Position numbers and translations under genes: made by a program. A stretch of 64,000 nucleotides of DNA, from contig CAVQFQ010000015.1 in the NCBI GenBank assembly GCA_963711835.1, positions 32,001 to 96,000 on the forward strand, given 5' to 3'. Shown here piece by piece: positions 60,568 through 64,000 of this stretch (position 1 is its first letter; each line of letters opens with the position of its first letter). Below the pieces are notes generated by a model. That model worked only from the letters and a program-made list of their open reading frames with translations, was not told the origin of the DNA and did no database searches. Source of the stretch: an uncultured delta proteobacterium (GTDB taxonomy: Bacteria > Desulfobacterota > RBG-13-43-22).

Positions 60568-61710
60568 TTAAAGCCCCAACTCGTTGGCAATCACCAGGTG
60601 TTGAATCTCGGAAGTGCCCTCGGTGACCGTAAACAGCTTCCCATCCCTCCAGTAGCGCTGGATGGGATACTCCATCATATAGCCGTAGCCGCCGTGGATC
60701 TGCATGGCATCGGCCAAAATCTTTTGCAGGATCTCCGAGGTAAAGAGCTTGACCATGGAGGACTCCTTGCGGACCTTTTTCCCCTGATCATACATCCAGG
60801 CCACCCGATAGGTATAGGAGCGCATGATATCCACATACATGGCCATCTCGGCCAGGCGGAAACGGTTGATCTGGAATTTGCTGATGGGCTTCCCGAACTG
60901 GATCCGTTCCTTGGCATACTGGGCCGTTAACTCATAGGCAGCCTGGGCCGTGCCGATGGAGCGGGCTCCATAGGTGATGCGGCCCGAGACCAGGGTGTCG
61001 GCCAGTTGGGCAAACCCGCCCCCCTCCTTTTCCCCGATCATGTTCTTGACCGGGACCCGGCAATCCTCAAAGACCAGCTCCCCGGTTTCGGCCGACCAAT
61101 TCCCCACCTTATTCAGCTTCCTGGAGACCGTGAAGCCGGGGGTCCCTTTCTCGACGATAAAGAGGTTGATCCCTTCTCCCCTTCTGGTTGGATCGGTATA
61201 GGCGGCCACGATCACATAATCGCAAATGGGGCCGTTGGTAATAAACATCTTGGTCCCGTTGATGGCATAACTGTCGCCGTCCCGAACGGCTTTGGTTTTT
61301 ATGGCCGCGGCATCGGAACCCACATCGGGCTCGGTTAGACCAAAAGCCCCGATCTTTTCCCCCTTAATGGCCGGGATCAGAAATTTTTCTTTTTGTTCCT
61401 CCGAACCAAAGCGATAGATCGGGGCGGTGGCCAGCCCGCTTTGAACCATCAGGCCGCTGGCGATCCCGGGATTTATTCGGCAGAGCTCTTCGACCATGAT
61501 GCATTCCGTGATCTTGTCGCCGCCTCCTCCGCCCAATTCCAGTGGATACCGGGGACAGAGGAATCCCTGGTCGCCCATCTTTTTAAAAAGCTGTTTAGGA
61601 AAGGTGTGGCTGGCTTCGGCTTCCTCCACCAGGGGGGCGATTTCTCTTTGGGCAAATTCCCGGATCGCCTCCCGAAAAATACGGTTTTCTTCGCTTAACT
61701 CAAAATCCAT
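60568..61710 (-). CDS. Acyl-CoA dehydrogenase
   Basis: LTEPDVGSD, HGGYGY, EGTSEIQ. Confidence 0.95.
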   Translation of the reverse strand: MDFELSEENRIFREAIREFAQREIAPLVEEAEASHTFPKQLFKKMGDQGFLCPRYPLELGGGGGDKITECIMVEELCRINPGIASGLMVQSGLATAPIYRFGSEEQKEKFLIPAIKGEKIGAFGLTEPDVGSDAAAIKTKAVRDGDSYAINGTKMFITNGPICDYVIVAAYTDPTRRGEGINLFIVEKGTPGFTVSRKLNKVGNWSAETGELVFEDCRVPVKNMIGEKEGGGFAQLADTLVSGRITYGARSIGTAQAAYELTAQYAKERIQFGKPISKFQINRFRLAEMAMYVDIMRSYTYRVAWMYDQGKKVRKESSMVKLFTSEILQKILADAMQIHGGYGYMMEYPIQRYWRDGKLFTVTEGTSEIQHLVIANELGL

Positions 61711-61733
61711 AATAGGTTTATCCTCCTTGATTA

Positions 61734-61808
61734 CTCACCGCAAAGACGCAAAGCACGCAAAGTATTTATTACTTTTTTCTTTGCGCCCTTTGCGCCTTTG
61801 CGGTGAGC
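61734..61808. repeat. Palindromic CGCAAAG repeat
   Basis: CTCACCGCAAAGACGCAAAG ... CTTTGCGCCTTTGCGGTGAG. Confidence 0.8.
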
Positions 61809-61817
61809 TACTTTCTT

Positions 61818-62603
61818 TTATTCTCCTCTAAATATCGGCTTGCGTTTTTCCAGAAAGGCCTTCATCCCCTCTTCCCGGTCTTTGCTGGAGAAGAGGAGAC
61901 AGGCGGCCAGGCCCTCGTAGGCCAACCCCATAGTCAGCCCCAATTCCTGGCTGGCATTGATGGTTTTTTTGGCCCATTTGATGGCTAACGGACTCTGCTC
62001 GGCGATCTGCCGGGCCATGGATAGAACCACCGCTTCCAGTTGATCAACCGGGGTGACCTGGTTGATCAGCCCGATCCTGAGGGCCTCGGGAGCATCAATC
62101 ATCTTCCCGGTGAAGATGAGTTCCTTGGCCTTACCCAGACCCACCAGTTTGGGAAGACGCTGGGTGCCGCCGCTGCCCGGCATGAACCCCAGAAATATCT
62201 CCGGCTGGCCGAAGCGGGAAGACTCGGAAGCGATCCGAATGTCGCAGGCCATAGCCAACTCCAGGCCGCCGCCCAGGCATAGACCGTCGATCATGGCGAT
62301 GACCGGTTTTTCCATTTGCTCGAAACGGTGATAAAATTGCTGGGCCAGTGTAGCCGAAAAATGCTCCATCTCCAGGGGATTCATCCGGGCCAGTTCATTC
62401 AAGTCCGAACCGGCCACAAAGCTTTTTCCCCCGGCCCCGGAAAGGATCAGGACCTTCAGCTCACGATCCCTGATGGTATCTTCCAGGGCCTCCAGCATTT
62501 CCAGCCGGGCGGCCCGGTTCAGGGCATTGCGCTTGTCCGGCCGATTGATGATCAACCGGGCAATCCCGTTTTCTTTTTTATAAAGGATATGTTCAAAGGT
62601 CAT
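61818..62603 (-). CDS. Enoyl-CoA hydratase/isomerase
   Basis: AGSDL, GGGLELA, QPE...PGSGGTQRL. Confidence 0.93.
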   Translation of the reverse strand: MTFEHILYKKENGIARLIINRPDKRNALNRAARLEMLEALEDTIRDRELKVLILSGAGGKSFVAGSDLNELARMNPLEMEHFSATLAQQFYHRFEQMEKPVIAMIDGLCLGGGLELAMACDIRIASESSRFGQPEIFLGFMPGSGGTQRLPKLVGLGKAKELIFTGKMIDAPEALRIGLINQVTPVDQLEAVVLSMARQIAEQSPLAIKWAKKTINASQELGLTMGLAYEGLAACLLFSSKDREEGMKAFLEKRKPIFRGE

Positions 62604-62612
62604 GTTTTCTCC

Positions 62613-63416
62613 TTACAGGATGATCTCTTTTCCTTTCATTAAACGGGCCTCCCGGAGAAACATCCCCTGCGGGTCGATCCGGCTGCGCAAGGTCTTCAAT
62701 TCCAATTCCGTCGCCGGTTCCAGGGGTCCGATCGGATCGGCCACTTTCAAGTCCCATTGCACATTTTTCTTCACTTCGTTGATGCTGGAAAGCGGTTGAT
62801 AAGCGGCCAGCATCATCTCCCCTTCTTCATCGAAGTGAAACAGGCCGAGTGTGGTCACCACAGCAAAGGGACCGGTCCCCGGTTTCAGGCCTGCTTCGAG
62901 GCGACTTTTTTTGCCGGTTAGATAGCCCGGCGTCGTTATGAAATCAACCCGTTCCGGGAACCGCCTTTTATCATGCTCAAGGATAATGACCGTCTTCGTG
63001 GCTAGGCTGCCAAAATCGCTGGCCCCCCCGCTTCCCCCGAACCGGACCCTCGGGGAATGATACTCCCCGATGCAGGTCGTATTAATGTTCCCATAGCGAT
63101 CTACCGAGGCGGCTGATAGAAGTCCCATATCGGCTCGACCGGCGTGAAGAATCATGCCCAGGGTCTCCAGAGAATTCCCCATGAGAACGGAACAGGAATT
63201 GATCACCGGATCGGCGGTGTAAAGAGGCGTGCGCTCCGGGAGACTCTCCAGGACCACCCCTCCTTCAAAACAGATGGCGCAATCCGGGGCCCAGAGGCTC
63301 TTGGCCAGCAGGGCGGCCAGGATCGGCCACTGGGTTCCCACCATAAGGACGCTGCCGTTCCTGATTAATCGGGCCGCCGTAACAATCATCTGTTCAATGG
63401 GTGTAAAGGGTGCCAT
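62613..63416 (-). CDS. Family I CoA-transferase beta subunit (GctB-like)
   Basis: FEGG, DRYGNINTT, GSGGASD, VDFITTPG. Confidence 0.88.
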   Translation of the reverse strand: MAPFTPIEQMIVTAARLIRNGSVLMVGTQWPILAALLAKSLWAPDCAICFEGGVVLESLPERTPLYTADPVINSCSVLMGNSLETLGMILHAGRADMGLLSAASVDRYGNINTTCIGEYHSPRVRFGGSGGASDFGSLATKTVIILEHDKRRFPERVDFITTPGYLTGKKSRLEAGLKPGTGPFAVVTTLGLFHFDEEGEMMLAAYQPLSSINEVKKNVQWDLKVADPIGPLEPATELELKTLRSRIDPQGMFLREARLMKGKEIIL

Positions 63417-63422
63417 GGCCTC

Positions 63423-63998
63423 TTATCTCAATTCAAAATAGGTACTGAACTTCCCATAGGACACCGGATCGGACCAGTACTCCTGAGGTCGAAGGCCCTG
63501 CAGCCGTTCCGTTCCCAGCAGCTTCAGATAGCCCCGGCGGTTGTCCACCCCGAGGACCCATTTTTGTAAAAACGCCTCGAATAGCTTTTCGGTCCGGGTC
63601 TGGCGCTCATAGTGGGCTGAAAAAAGCCAGTCCATATCATAACATCCGGCCATGGAGGCCGGGTGGCTTCCCCAGGGTTCTTCAACCACCGCCGCTACTC
63701 GGAAACCTGGGATCAGGGTTCGATTAGGGTCCCGTTGTATGACCTCGGTCTCGACAATCTTCTCGGCACAGACGATGATTTTTTCACAGCTTTGAATCCC
63801 GTAAAGCGTGTCTCCCAGCATCCCCCAGGCCTGGGCATTGCCGAAAGAGTCGGAGCGCTGAACCTGAAGGATCCCCAGATCGTGCTTGATGGGCGGGATG
63901 AGGCAAACCCGTTCCCCGGAAAAAGGAGACTTTTCAAACCGAAGCCGATTGGTCAGGCCGGGGGGCCGGTTTTTTTCATCAAAGCTTGTCCCCAGCAT
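63423..63998 (-). CDS. Family I CoA-transferase alpha subunit (GctA-like), 5'-partial
   Basis: VQRSDSFGNA, IPGFRVAAVVEEPWGSHP. Confidence 0.85.
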   Translation of the reverse strand: MLGTSFDEKNRPPGLTNRLRFEKSPFSGERVCLIPPIKHDLGILQVQRSDSFGNAQAWGMLGDTLYGIQSCEKIIVCAEKIVETEVIQRDPNRTLIPGFRVAAVVEEPWGSHPASMAGCYDMDWLFSAHYERQTRTEKLFEAFLQKWVLGVDNRRGYLKLLGTERLQGLRPQEYWSDPVSYGKFSTYFELR

Positions 63999-64000
63999 GG

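Overview
GC-rich bacterial sequence whose gene content points to an anaerobic deltaproteobacterium (Desulfobacterota-like; inference). From left to right: the end of a Liv-type ABC operon; an uncharacterised Cys-rich envelope cluster (propeptide-like FTP/PepSY protein, TlpA, two FtsX/MacB permeases, an ABC ATPase, two NosL-like proteins and a Cys/His-rich membrane protein, 2.2-9.6 kb); typA; a toxin-antitoxin cluster (13.3-16.1 kb); QueG-like, acyl-CoA synthetase and molybdopterin oxidoreductase genes; a 2.6 kb insert flanked by a duplicated gene end; an integrase-less integron cassette array (attI-like site, three attC sites and four cassettes: two TA pairs, a HEPN-like gene broken by a stop codon and a truncated membrane peptide, 29.2-31.6 kb) beside a deleted REP-associated transposase; and a >23 kb minus-strand CoA-thioester catabolic region. 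Intergenic DNA is full of MITE/REP-like repeats. Clusters of single-base frameshifts (16.2-19.6 kb, 34.5 kb, 52-55.4 kb) may be long-read errors. No rRNA, tRNA or CRISPR array was seen. All family assignments come from motif recognition by eye, not database searches.
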